From contig VRVR01000013.1 of assembly GCA_009859145.1 (NCBI GenBank), forward strand, positions 1 to 24,724: DNA of 24,724 nt, given 5' to 3'. Source of the DNA: Andalucia godoyi And28. Its lineage: Eukaryota > Protista > Jakobida. The notes beneath the pieces were generated by a model. That model was not told the DNA's origin, searched no databases, and saw nothing but the letters and a program-made list of their open reading frames with translations. Below are positions 8,639 through 17,800 of this stretch, in pieces (the first letter of the stretch is position 1; every line of letters starts with the position of its first letter). The translations under genes and the position numbers were made by a program.

Positions 8639-8725
8639 ATGGCTCCAAAGAGGGATCTTCCCAACAAACTCAAACCGGCCATGCCCGACGATTCGTCGGA
8701 GGCGGAGAGCAAGAAGAAGCGATGA
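8639..8725 (+). CDS. 28-aa small ORF MAPKRDLPNKLKPAMPDDSSEAESKKKR (microprotein, or 5' part of a frameshifted gene)
   Basis: ATG 8639 to TGA 8723-8725, protein-like composition, TATA-like ATTTATAAT ~50 nt upstream. Confidence 0.3.
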   Translation: MAPKRDLPNKLKPAMPDDSSEAESKKKR

Positions 8726-9218
8726 CCCTTTTGACTGCATTGAACAGTTGGTGCTCGCCCCAAATTGCGTCTGTCCTTGGTGACAGCTTACCCGGTGATC
8801 AATAATGATTCATATTTTGGCGAGCGGACACACGAAGCGCAAAAAAAAAAAAAAAAACGTGATCCTCCCAGCGGTTTCCTCCTTTTTTTAAAAAATCTCT
8901 TTTTCCCTTTTTGTTTGTTCCCGCTTCTTGTTGAATCAGTTTTGACAATACGTCTTCTTTCCTGCCATTGAAAGAGTAGCCAATCTCCAAACGAGAGAGA
9001 CACTATTTTGTCAGAATGACTTGATGTACACAGACCTGCGACGCAGTACGACGCTTCGAAACGGACTGGAGCCAACCACGATTTGGCGCAGAACAAGTGG
9101 GCTTTCGTGATATACCACAACATGTTTCAGAATCAGACGTCTTTTTATTAATTTAAAAAAAACAACTTAAATTTTTTGGTCAACGCGTCGTTTAGGATGC
9201 AAATATAAAAATCTAGCA

Positions 9219-10949
9219 CTACAAACTTCTAGAGTAAATCACCGAGTCTGCAGGTGCCAGATAGCCATCCGCACCACCGGCATACACCGTCATGGGTCCC
9301 ATCTCAGAGGAAAGGGGTTCTTCGTGGACTCTTGCCCCAGTTTTGGAAACCGGTCTCCCACGCTTCCGAGCGCTGCTAGCCTTCCAGACTCTCCTGCTCA
9401 AATCACCCATGCGTTTGCCATACACGGACATTCTCCTTGGCTTGAGCGCGATGAAAATGTTTGTATGCTGGTCGACTGTCTCCAACGCCTCGACAGGCTT
9501 TGAAACCCGAACAACGAAGATGCCAACTAACAGATACGTTGCAAACATTGCACAAAAGCCACCATCCAACGCATCAGGAAACGGATAAAACTGTGATCCA
9601 ATGTATCCGACTCCTGCAACGATGTTGATGGCAGGCTGGATAGCATGTTTCAGAAGCGAATATCGATCTGGATGCTTGGTTTTCATAAACGAATAAATTG
9701 CAGCATTTGGGCTCAAATAGACAAGCAAGAGAGCGATTGATGCGACGAACGTTACGAGATTGAATGCATCCCAGCAGCCCCTTGTCGACCCGTAGTCACT
9801 TGAAGAATGCTTCACTCCCGAACCAGTGGAAATGACCCCCAGTAGAATTGAAACGACGACGTACGAGGTTTCCGAGAACAGGATTGCCCGGAGAGGTACT
9901 CTTCGCATGGTGGACAGCTTACCAAAATAATGAAGCCTAAACATCTTTCCTTCTCCCAATGTCTGCAGAAGATTGTTGTTAAACGCATGCTGAGCCAGAA
10001 CAAGATTGAACGATGCGGTCACACCCGCAATGTCCACAAACGCTGCAAACCACGCCCCAACATACTTCCTTGCATAGTAGTCTGCAGGAGAGGTCAAATT
10101 GACAAGATTCGTAGCGTCGGATGCGCCAATGGCACACGCAAAGGCGTACGCCGCAAACGAGATCAGAATCTGGACTGTATAGATCGAGCCCACCACCGCT
10201 CGCGAAATAACCTTCGTGGGGTCTTTTGCGTTTTCTCCCAGGGACGTCGCGGACTCGAAACCATTGAACAACATGATGCCGAAAATCAAACTTTGAAGAA
10301 ATCCGGAAGCACCGTTCGGGTTGTTTTCTTTGCTAAAACCAGGAGCGTACGGATGACCTGCGATAACGAATGCAAAACACATTGCTAAGACAACGATCGT
10401 CTCAAAAATAAACAAGATGAGTCCAATTTTCAACGATTGCTGGACACCCAGATACGACATTGCCGTACAAATGCAAGCCGCAAGGATCAAGACAACCGGC
10501 CACGGAATCTCCACGCCAGTCCAGCGGTTTGTGATATCGCACACCCACCCAGCCAAGGACAGCAAGGCCTGAACACCAAGGAAAAAGTAGGCAAACAACA
10601 TCATCCAGGCCGTGTACAAGCCTGACTTCTGCCCAAGCCCCAAAGTCGCGTACGCGTGAAAGCTTCCAGAACTGGAAACGCAGCACGCAAATTCTGAAAC
10701 AACTTTCGCAAGTGACCAACAAAATATGCCTGAAATAATTACAGACCACACTGATTCTGCACCAGCATCTTGTAAGACGACAGGCAAGATGAAGAAAATT
10801 GACGGCGTAGGGGCGACATTTGCAATTGACAAGACGGTGGCCATGATCCATCCAATCCCGGGCAGCGAAGGTGCTGGAACATCGTCCTCCAGGTCTGCCT
10901 CTTCTGAATCCAATAATGGATTGTTCAAAGACGACCGAGCGCTCGACAT
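9219..10949 (-). CDS. APC-superfamily amino acid/polyamine permease, 576 aa
   Basis: About 12 hydrophobic segments, TM1 SIANVAPTPSIFF, SSGSFHAYATLGLG, and TM6-7 GFESATSLGENAKDP (APC signature). N-terminal NNPLL dileucine-like motif. Confidence 0.92.
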   Translation of the reverse strand: MSSARSSLNNPLLDSEEADLEDDVPAPSLPGIGWIMATVLSIANVAPTPSIFFILPVVLQDAGAESVWSVIISGIFCWSLAKVVSEFACCVSSSGSFHAYATLGLGQKSGLYTAWMMLFAYFFLGVQALLSLAGWVCDITNRWTGVEIPWPVVLILAACICTAMSYLGVQQSLKIGLILFIFETIVVLAMCFAFVIAGHPYAPGFSKENNPNGASGFLQSLIFGIMLFNGFESATSLGENAKDPTKVISRAVVGSIYTVQILISFAAYAFACAIGASDATNLVNLTSPADYYARKYVGAWFAAFVDIAGVTASFNLVLAQHAFNNNLLQTLGEGKMFRLHYFGKLSTMRRVPLRAILFSETSYVVVSILLGVISTGSGVKHSSSDYGSTRGCWDAFNLVTFVASIALLLVYLSPNAAIYSFMKTKHPDRYSLLKHAIQPAINIVAGVGYIGSQFYPFPDALDGGFCAMFATYLLVGIFVVRVSKPVEALETVDQHTNIFIALKPRRMSVYGKRMGDLSRRVWKASSARKRGRPVSKTGARVHEEPLSSEMGPMTVYAGGADGYLAPADSVIYSRSL

Positions 10950-10981
10950 GTATCCCCGCTATCGTGCGCTGCGCAGTAGCC

Positions 10982-11041
10982 CTAATACAAAAAACCGCGG
11001 AGGTCAGGGACAAAGAGATGTAATGAACAAAAGGAATTCAC
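10982..11041 (-). other. Candidate 60-nt 5'-UTR intron of the permease gene
   Basis: CTG|GTGAAT donor, CCCTGAC branch-point-like site, T-tract and TAG|G acceptor 32 nt before the ATG. Confidence 0.5.
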
Positions 11042-11105
11042 CAGGATTTGCTTGCGGCATGATTGAAATCGTCTCGCTTGAGGCTTGGGAATACCGACAA
11101 ACGTC

Positions 11106-11127
11106 ATATATATAAATATATATATAT
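11106..11127. repeat. (AT)n tract between the BEACH-like gene stop and the permease leader
   Basis: atatatataaatatatatatat seen directly. Possibly a 3'-end signal and/or TATA element. Confidence 0.7.
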
Positions 11128-11162
11128 GTAATTTTTTCGAATTTTATTATTTTACGAAAGCT

Positions 11163-14159
11163 TTAGTTTCTGCGTTTGTTCTTCTTCTTCTTCTTTTTCG
11201 AGGAGCCGTCGTTCGACGGTTCCGCAGCCGACGATGGCTCGTCATCCTGCGGATCAGCATCTCCATTTCCTGATACCGAGCAACCCCCGTCCTTTTCTGG
11301 GATATCTGTAGCGGGAGTCGCCTCTGCCGGCACCGGTCCGGTGGGAGACGCTTCATCAGCAGCAGCTTCAGAAATTGAAACCTTCGAATCGTCGATACTT
11401 TCTACCGGAGACGCTGGTGAATTTTGAGACTTTGCAGGGACGCTCGAGGTGTCATCTGGTAGCAAGTCACAAATATCGACATCTTCTTCAGCACTGACAT
11501 CTAGGGGAGCTTCGGATTGAGAATCCATCTCGCAGACACCCGGTTCAACATGAGGATCGTCAGCAGTCAACACTTCCGCAGCTGATACACCATCGGAATG
11601 TGAATTCGCATCTTCCTCCAAAAGTACAGCATCATCCACCTTCTGCGTCGCAGAAACATCATCCACAGTCGAAGCATCCGCAGTCCCAGAAACAGGATCG
11701 ATCGTCGGATTGGATGCAGATCCACCATTTTCGTTTGCCCTAGAATCACTGGAATCCCTCTCCAATGCAGGACTGTTTGTACCCTCGGAGACATCACCAG
11801 AAGACGGCGCAGGAACAGGAACTGCAGAATCAGTGGAAGATGGCAGTGGCGAGGTCTCTTCCTGAATCTGCTTCTCCAGTTCTTCAAATTCTTTCGTATC
11901 GTGCTCGACATCAGAAATGCCAACAACAGCGCAACCTTCGTCATCGAAAATCAACGGAGATTCATTCTGGGTCGTTTCGCAAGCAGGGTTCGTTTCGCAA
12001 GCAGGGTTCGCTTCGCAAGCAGGGTTCGCTTCGCAAGCAGGGTTCGCTTCGCAAGCAGGGGTCGCATTTCGCGGAGTTGAAACCATATCGCCACAAACAG
12101 TCTCCAGCTGTTGATTATGTTGCGCTCTTTCGTTCTGCTTTTCGGAAGTCTCCAATTTCTTGGATAAAACAGAGATTGCTCGGGACATCTTGGCGCACTC
12201 GTGTTCCTTCATCGAAGCATCTGACTTCAAAACACGAAGATTATGGAGCGCAACATTCAGCTCACCAGACACATAGGTTACTTGCAACTTTAGACGCTCT
12301 AATTCCTCCGCAGCTGCGTTCTTGTCGTGCTCCAGGCGCTTAATGTATGCCCTGTCTTTTGAACTTGTCACGGACAACTCGTGGTCCAACTCGTGAACTC
12401 GCAATTGCAATGTCGAATTCTCCTGGCCCAACTTATCCAGAGACACCGCAAGAACTTCGCGCGCGTTCTCAACCTCCGACAGTCGTGCTTCTATACCAGA
12501 AACATACTTGGAATCTCGAACGGTTCTCAGTCGATTCCGCAAAGAAGCCAGTTGCTTTTTTTTCTGTTCCCGGATCGTTTCAACCTCCTCAGAAGCACTT
12601 GGAGCTTGAAGAAGCTGTTTCTTTTGAGATTGCGCTTCCAGACGTGAATTCTCCAGTTCTGCATCCAATCGAACAATCCGGTCCTTCGATGCTCGAAGAT
12701 CATTCTCAACGGAAGACAGATTTTGCCGCAATGATGCGACCTCCAACTTTAAGCTTGCATTATCAGCAACCTGCGCTTGCAGCGCCTGATACGTTGCATC
12801 GACGCGAGCCGCATGCGGTTGGTGAAACAGAGGGCTATCGACTGGCAGAATGGACGAATCTCTCGAGACCTTTGCATGGAGAATTCGAATCTTCTCAAAC
12901 GTCGTGTCAATCTCCTTTGCCCCCGATCCCCGACCTTTGCACCCAACACCAAAAACTGCATCGATCCAAAAATGCATGTAGGACGAAACGGATCCACATT
13001 CTAAAACGCAGCGATAGAAGGAAGAGACCACAGATGATGACAGAAAATCACGCGCATCTAATTCCTGAGACACGTCTCTTGACAGATGCTGATTCCATGA
13101 ACGAAACAAGGCAACTGCCTCGTCTTCGGATTTCACGAGAGTCCCAAGAGTATCGGCATTCGCAGTCGCAACCGAAGAAGTTGAAAACAATTTTGGAAAG
13201 ATAAACCGACAAGACTGGAAACCTTGGATTCTGCCGGCAAAAATGTTCAGCATCCGGATGTAATCGACCGTTGACATCAGAGAAGACCTCCACCTCAACG
13301 TGCAGCTCTCCAATGTCAACTTCGACTGTTCTAATAACGCATTGTAGCACTGGTCTCGCAAAGAAATCGAAGAAAACGCCAACGTTGCGACTTCGTACTC
13401 GCCACAGCACAAACTCAGACCCGGTACCGATCCAAAAATAATGTGTTTCACGCCCACATGAATGGAGGCCAATTCCAAACAAAAACGAAGCTGAGAACCG
13501 CAGAATGGAGCGACAGTGATGCTGTGTGACGTGACAATCAGCTTTCCCTCCAACATCATTGATGAAAACACAACAGCACACCTGCCCGTCAGCAGACACG
13601 ACACTGGAGAACGAGTCCCGGCAGGAAACCTTGAAAGTAAGGCGTTCGCATCATCACGGCCTTCAATCGATGCAGCGCATTGCGTCTCGTGCGCTTCCAT
13701 GACTTTTTGAATGTCTGCAGGAAATTTGGACTTGATCAACCGCGTCAACAATTCACACAACCGTTCGCTGTCAGTAGCAACAGAAAAGAACATGGATCCT
13801 TTTAGCGATTTGTCCAAAGGAGCTTCTTGCGAGGTGACATTCAAGTTGCCCGACGGAATGTAAACAGATACCATGTTCTGTGCAGACGGGAGAAGCGACA
13901 CCTCCAGACCTTTCACTTTTGAAGCAAACAGTTTCGGAGCAGGCTTTTCTTTCACCGATGAAATGTGGGGCAAGGGAACAGACAGGGATGGGAACTGGTC
14001 AACATGAGGCTGAAAGAAAAGACCGGAAGATGTCACCATCAGGGAACCAGCGACAATCGTGGCAGAGTCCCACGTGTACTGGGCCGAGGATACAACGGCA
14101 AAAACGTAGTCTCCAGGAGGAAGACAGCGCGCGAAAGCAAAGTTCGGAAGAAGTGGCAT
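11163..14159 (-). CDS. FAN/NSMAF-like GRAM/PH + degenerate BEACH protein with coiled coil and acidic disordered tail, 998 aa
   Basis: GSLMVTSSGLFFQP and EGKLIVTSHSITVAPF (two PH/GRAM-like modules). BEACH start TLRWRSSLMSTVDYIRMLNIFAGR...FIFP and BEACH end HFWIDAVFG...PLFHQPHAAR. Heptad-rich region, D/E/S/A-rich tail, terminal KKKKKKNKRRN. Confidence 0.8.
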   Translation of the reverse strand: MPLLPNFAFARCLPPGDYVFAVVSSAQYTWDSATIVAGSLMVTSSGLFFQPHVDQFPSLSVPLPHISSVKEKPAPKLFASKVKGLEVSLLPSAQNMVSVYIPSGNLNVTSQEAPLDKSLKGSMFFSVATDSERLCELLTRLIKSKFPADIQKVMEAHETQCAASIEGRDDANALLSRFPAGTRSPVSCLLTGRCAVVFSSMMLEGKLIVTSHSITVAPFCGSQLRFCLELASIHVGVKHIIFGSVPGLSLCCGEYEVATLAFSSISLRDQCYNALLEQSKLTLESCTLRWRSSLMSTVDYIRMLNIFAGRIQGFQSCRFIFPKLFSTSSVATANADTLGTLVKSEDEAVALFRSWNQHLSRDVSQELDARDFLSSSVVSSFYRCVLECGSVSSYMHFWIDAVFGVGCKGRGSGAKEIDTTFEKIRILHAKVSRDSSILPVDSPLFHQPHAARVDATYQALQAQVADNASLKLEVASLRQNLSSVENDLRASKDRIVRLDAELENSRLEAQSQKKQLLQAPSASEEVETIREQKKKQLASLRNRLRTVRDSKYVSGIEARLSEVENAREVLAVSLDKLGQENSTLQLRVHELDHELSVTSSKDRAYIKRLEHDKNAAAEELERLKLQVTYVSGELNVALHNLRVLKSDASMKEHECAKMSRAISVLSKKLETSEKQNERAQHNQQLETVCGDMVSTPRNATPACEANPACEANPACEANPACETNPACETTQNESPLIFDDEGCAVVGISDVEHDTKEFEELEKQIQEETSPLPSSTDSAVPVPAPSSGDVSEGTNSPALERDSSDSRANENGGSASNPTIDPVSGTADASTVDDVSATQKVDDAVLLEEDANSHSDGVSAAEVLTADDPHVEPGVCEMDSQSEAPLDVSAEEDVDICDLLPDDTSSVPAKSQNSPASPVESIDDSKVSISEAAADEASPTGPVPAEATPATDIPEKDGGCSVSGNGDADPQDDEPSSAAEPSNDGSSKKKKKKNKRRN
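11976..12065. repeat. Coding tandem repeat, 5 x 18 nt (TTCGCAAGCAGGGTTCGY), encoding PACEAN/PACETN
   Basis: Five contiguous near-identical units with no spacers. Confidence 0.95.
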
Positions 14160-14188
14160 GGCTTCTGTGGCGTTGATGGCGAAAGGAT

Positions 14189-14295
14189 CTGGAGGAGAGA
14201 GACGGGGAGGGGAAGGGGGAAAAAACTGGAAAGGAATGAAAGGGAAAGAGAAGTTTAAAAGAAACCGGAGAGGGCGAGAGAACTGCTTTCGATAC
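14189..14295 (-). other. Candidate 107-nt 5'-UTR intron of the BEACH-like gene
   Basis: AAAG|GTATCG donor, very long pyrimidine tract, CTCCAG acceptor 29 nt before the ATG. The upstream exon has an in-frame TAA, so it is non-coding. Confidence 0.6.
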
Positions 14296-14829
14296 CTTTT
14301 TTTTTAATTTATTTATTATTATTTTTTTTTTTTTGGCGACGATGATCACAATGTCAGAATGCGGAAACCTCTTGTGCTGTCTCCGTCACTTTGTGCATGC
14401 AGAAGCTGGCTCTGACAGCAAAAAACACACACGAGAAGGGCGGCTTCCCAAAGCGTCTGCCTCGACGAACCCCAGGGCTCTCTCACCAGCCTTTTTTTTT
14501 TTCACACAGGACTGTCGACAAATGTCGACTCTAGGGTTTGGCGAATGCCGGATTCTTTTTTCTTTCAGCTTTTTTGTCCGCAGAAGCACCGAGGACCAAA
14601 AAAGAAAGTGAATTCCTTTCTTTTAATTATTTTGGTAATAATTCTTATTTTTAAATAAATTTAAAAAAAAGAAAGAGGAAAACCTCAAGCTATGCTTCTT
14701 GGCTGTGGGGGAAAAAAGACTCTTTTGCTACTCCCGCTCCCCCTCTCCATCATTCCTGCGAAATAGTAGTTCCAGCGCATCTCATGATTTGCTGATTCCC
14801 CCCTCCCCCCATTCAAACACACTCATACC
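14296..14829. promoter_or_regulatory. Divergent (head-to-head) promoter region for the BEACH-like and VPS13-like genes
   Basis: The two start codons are 670 nt apart on opposite strands. A/T tracts flank a GC-richer core. Confidence 0.55.
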
Positions 14830-17800
14830 ATGTCTGCCTTTTTGGCGAACGCATTGATTCGTCGCTTGGAGCTGTACGTAAAGAATTTGCAGAAAGAACA
14901 GGTGTCGCTGTCAGTGGCAAAAGGAGATATACAGCTTCGAGATGTTTTTTTGAACGAAGATGTCGTGCAGGAGATCATTGGAACGCCGAACCTGAAAGTA
15001 GTTGGCGCGAAGTGCGGACACATCCAGATACGCATTCCTTGGAGGAGAATCAAACACGATCCAGCGATAGTCGATATTGATAAGCTGGTGATTGAGCTCG
15101 CAGAACCTGACGTATTAATGCCCGTTCCAAAAGTCATTCCAGTGCGGCAGCGAGAAGAAGACTCTAAAAAAGGGATCGTCGACAAGATAGTGGATGGCCT
15201 TCGGATCCAGGTGGCTTCTTTGGAGATTCTTGTCAAACTGAGGGGAGTTTCCTGTCCAACAATGCAATTGGTTGCACGGGAATTCATGGTGTGCACAACG
15301 AACTCGGATTGGAATGTAGTCGACTTGCGAGAATGTAGAAAGGAAAACAAAGGCCGATCGGAAACGATTGTGTACAAAATTGCCAGATGCTCTCGGATCT
15401 CCGCGACAATCTGTCCCCTCGATGCATCGGTGTCTCCTCTTGAAATCTTGCGCTCTGTCGGAGCCTCGTGGAAAATCAAAAGAAAAATGCGCACGTTTGG
15501 ACTGGATCTTCTTTCTCAGCAAATTGAAACAATTCTTGAAGATACCGTCAAGATTCACTGTGGAGAGTTGCAATGGCTGCAATTGTCTCTGTTCGTGCGG
15601 TCGATTCGAGAGTGCTTCGGACGTCAATTGTCCGACCAGTCCTCCACGAAAGACTCCGAGACTGTTCTGCGTCAAGATGCTACCGGTGACGATGACAGAA
15701 TCAAGAGACTGAAACACAGAGACAAGCTCGAAAAGAGAATGTCAAGCCGGGTTTCACTACGCCAACCGGCGAGCTTGGAAGGGGTTTCCGCGGAGGATCC
15801 GCAAACAGGCGGATCAACCGGTCAGAAACGTTCGTTTTGGAAGAGGTTCAAGGATGTTGTTCAGAAGCCTCAATTCTCGGAGGACGGCGATGCGACTTCC
15901 TCGGATGTGGTGCTCAGCAGTGATCGTCTTGAAGATGATTTTTCAGATGTTTCTGCATATTCGAGATCTTCAGTGGGGCACAATCGCATTTCGAGCATGT
16001 CCACTGTCGACTTTGGTGAGCAAGACTTGCTGGAACTGGAGAGTGAAGCAACGGAGGTAGCGTCTCTTTTCACAGAGTCGGAAGATTTTTCTCATTCTCG
16101 GTTTTCGATTTTAGCAAATCAGATCATTGTTGTGTTTAAACGAATGGTTGCAGGCGAAGACACCGCTTTGTGCACAGTCTGCTTGGAGACTCTTGATGTG
16201 TCCTTATCAAAGCCATCCAGGCCTTCATACAGCCTCGGCGTCTTTTCGTTAGAATCCGTGGCACATGTATCAGTTTCCGGTGTCGAAATAACAGAAGAGT
16301 GTCCGGGTATAGAAAAACATGCAGATTACATGCGATTCCTCTATTCCTCCGCAGAGGACCGGTCAAGCGGATTCGACATTCGCTACTCCAAGCGGTATTC
16401 GTGGCACAGGCCAATCGAGGAGTTTCCAATTCCGTTTGACTCTGCGTCGTCCAAGGACATTGCGTCCTTTTTGGCTCCCGCAAAGTGTCGCGTTCTCCGT
16501 CACTGTCAGGTGTCTTTGCAGAAGATTAGTTCAGTTATTGACCGAGATTTCATCGAAATTCTGCACGACTACTTCTCTCTCGGGCTGAGAAAGTCAATCA
16601 AGGTTCAAGTGGAACACCGAATTGAGCAAATTGTCTCAGATGTGCTGCACGATCGATTGACGTTTGGTTTTGATGTTTTCGATTCCAAGTTCAGTTTTCC
16701 TCCATTGTCAGGTTTCCACGATAATACTGTGTCCATCTTTTCCATACAGAGTGCTAAGATTGTTTCGGATTCGAACCCGATTTCTGGTACCGGCTACGGA
16801 TCCAAGTACCTCAGTAGCTCGTGCATGCTGACGCCGGAATTTCCTTGCCAAGAGGATGATATTTCCTGCAATTTCCAACAGATTTATCCATTGCGATCAA
16901 TTCCCTCGCAGATGCAGGTTTTTCAGTTCCTTGTGGAGCAGTTTACTATAGAGACTAAGGAACACGCAGAAGATGATGTGTCCAACGTTGTCGTCAAAGA
17001 CTCTTCATGTCGAGGGTCTTTAGCATTTTTCCAGTGGAATCAATTTGATGTACATGCCCCGCAGTTGGAAGTAGCTATTGAATTCTCGCCGGCCAAGGTG
17101 TGCCTGACCTCCAGTCAATTCCAATATTTTTCCAAGGTGTTTCCGGCAAGGACGCTGTTTCGCTTTGGTGCAAACACGTCATCTCGCAGCCGACAACGGA
17201 AGCACCTGCCGACGTCACCTGGGACAGATAATCGTTCCAATGATACTCCGCCTATCCCAGTCTTCTTTTGCTGTCGTTTCCGCAGTGGGGTTCTTGAGCT
17301 TGTGAACTCGTTTGATTCCCAAGATATTCTTGCAAGTTGCAGCTTCTCCAATGCAGAACTGTGCTTTGAAGAGCATATTTTTGAGCGTATTTTCAAGTGC
17401 AAAATCCATGCAGTGTCCATGTTTTCTCCTCGCCACCTGTCGAGCCCGTTCTATGTGTTTTTGTCATCGACATCCAGCGTCTCCTGCTTCTCGATGCGCT
17501 GGACCAGTCCCACTAAGTTTTCGTTGGCGTCTCCCGAAGTCCGCCAAGTGTTGGTGGACATTCCCGGGTCACCGTTTCGTGTGTTTGCATCGTCTCCAAC
17601 ATTTCATCCCAGTGTCTCCGAGAACACCTCTGGCCGTGACTCAGGGTTCCGGTTTCGAAGTATTGAATGTATTTCGTTTGTGTCAAGAGCTCGATTTGAG
17701 GTTTGCGGGATGAAAATCGGCTACGTCTCTCACGTTATTGATGATATCCTGGTTTTCTTTTCGCCCCGTGCCTCATCCCGTCACGATGTGGACAGACGAT

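Noticed and set aside
11976-12065. CRISPR-like array
   Set aside because: The repeats are contiguous with no spacers and lie in frame within a CDS.
14160-14295. Spliced-leader trans-splicing acceptors (long pyrimidine tract + AG before the ATG)
   Set aside because: Plausible cis GT donors lie 60-125 nt upstream in each case, so ordinary cis introns suffice.
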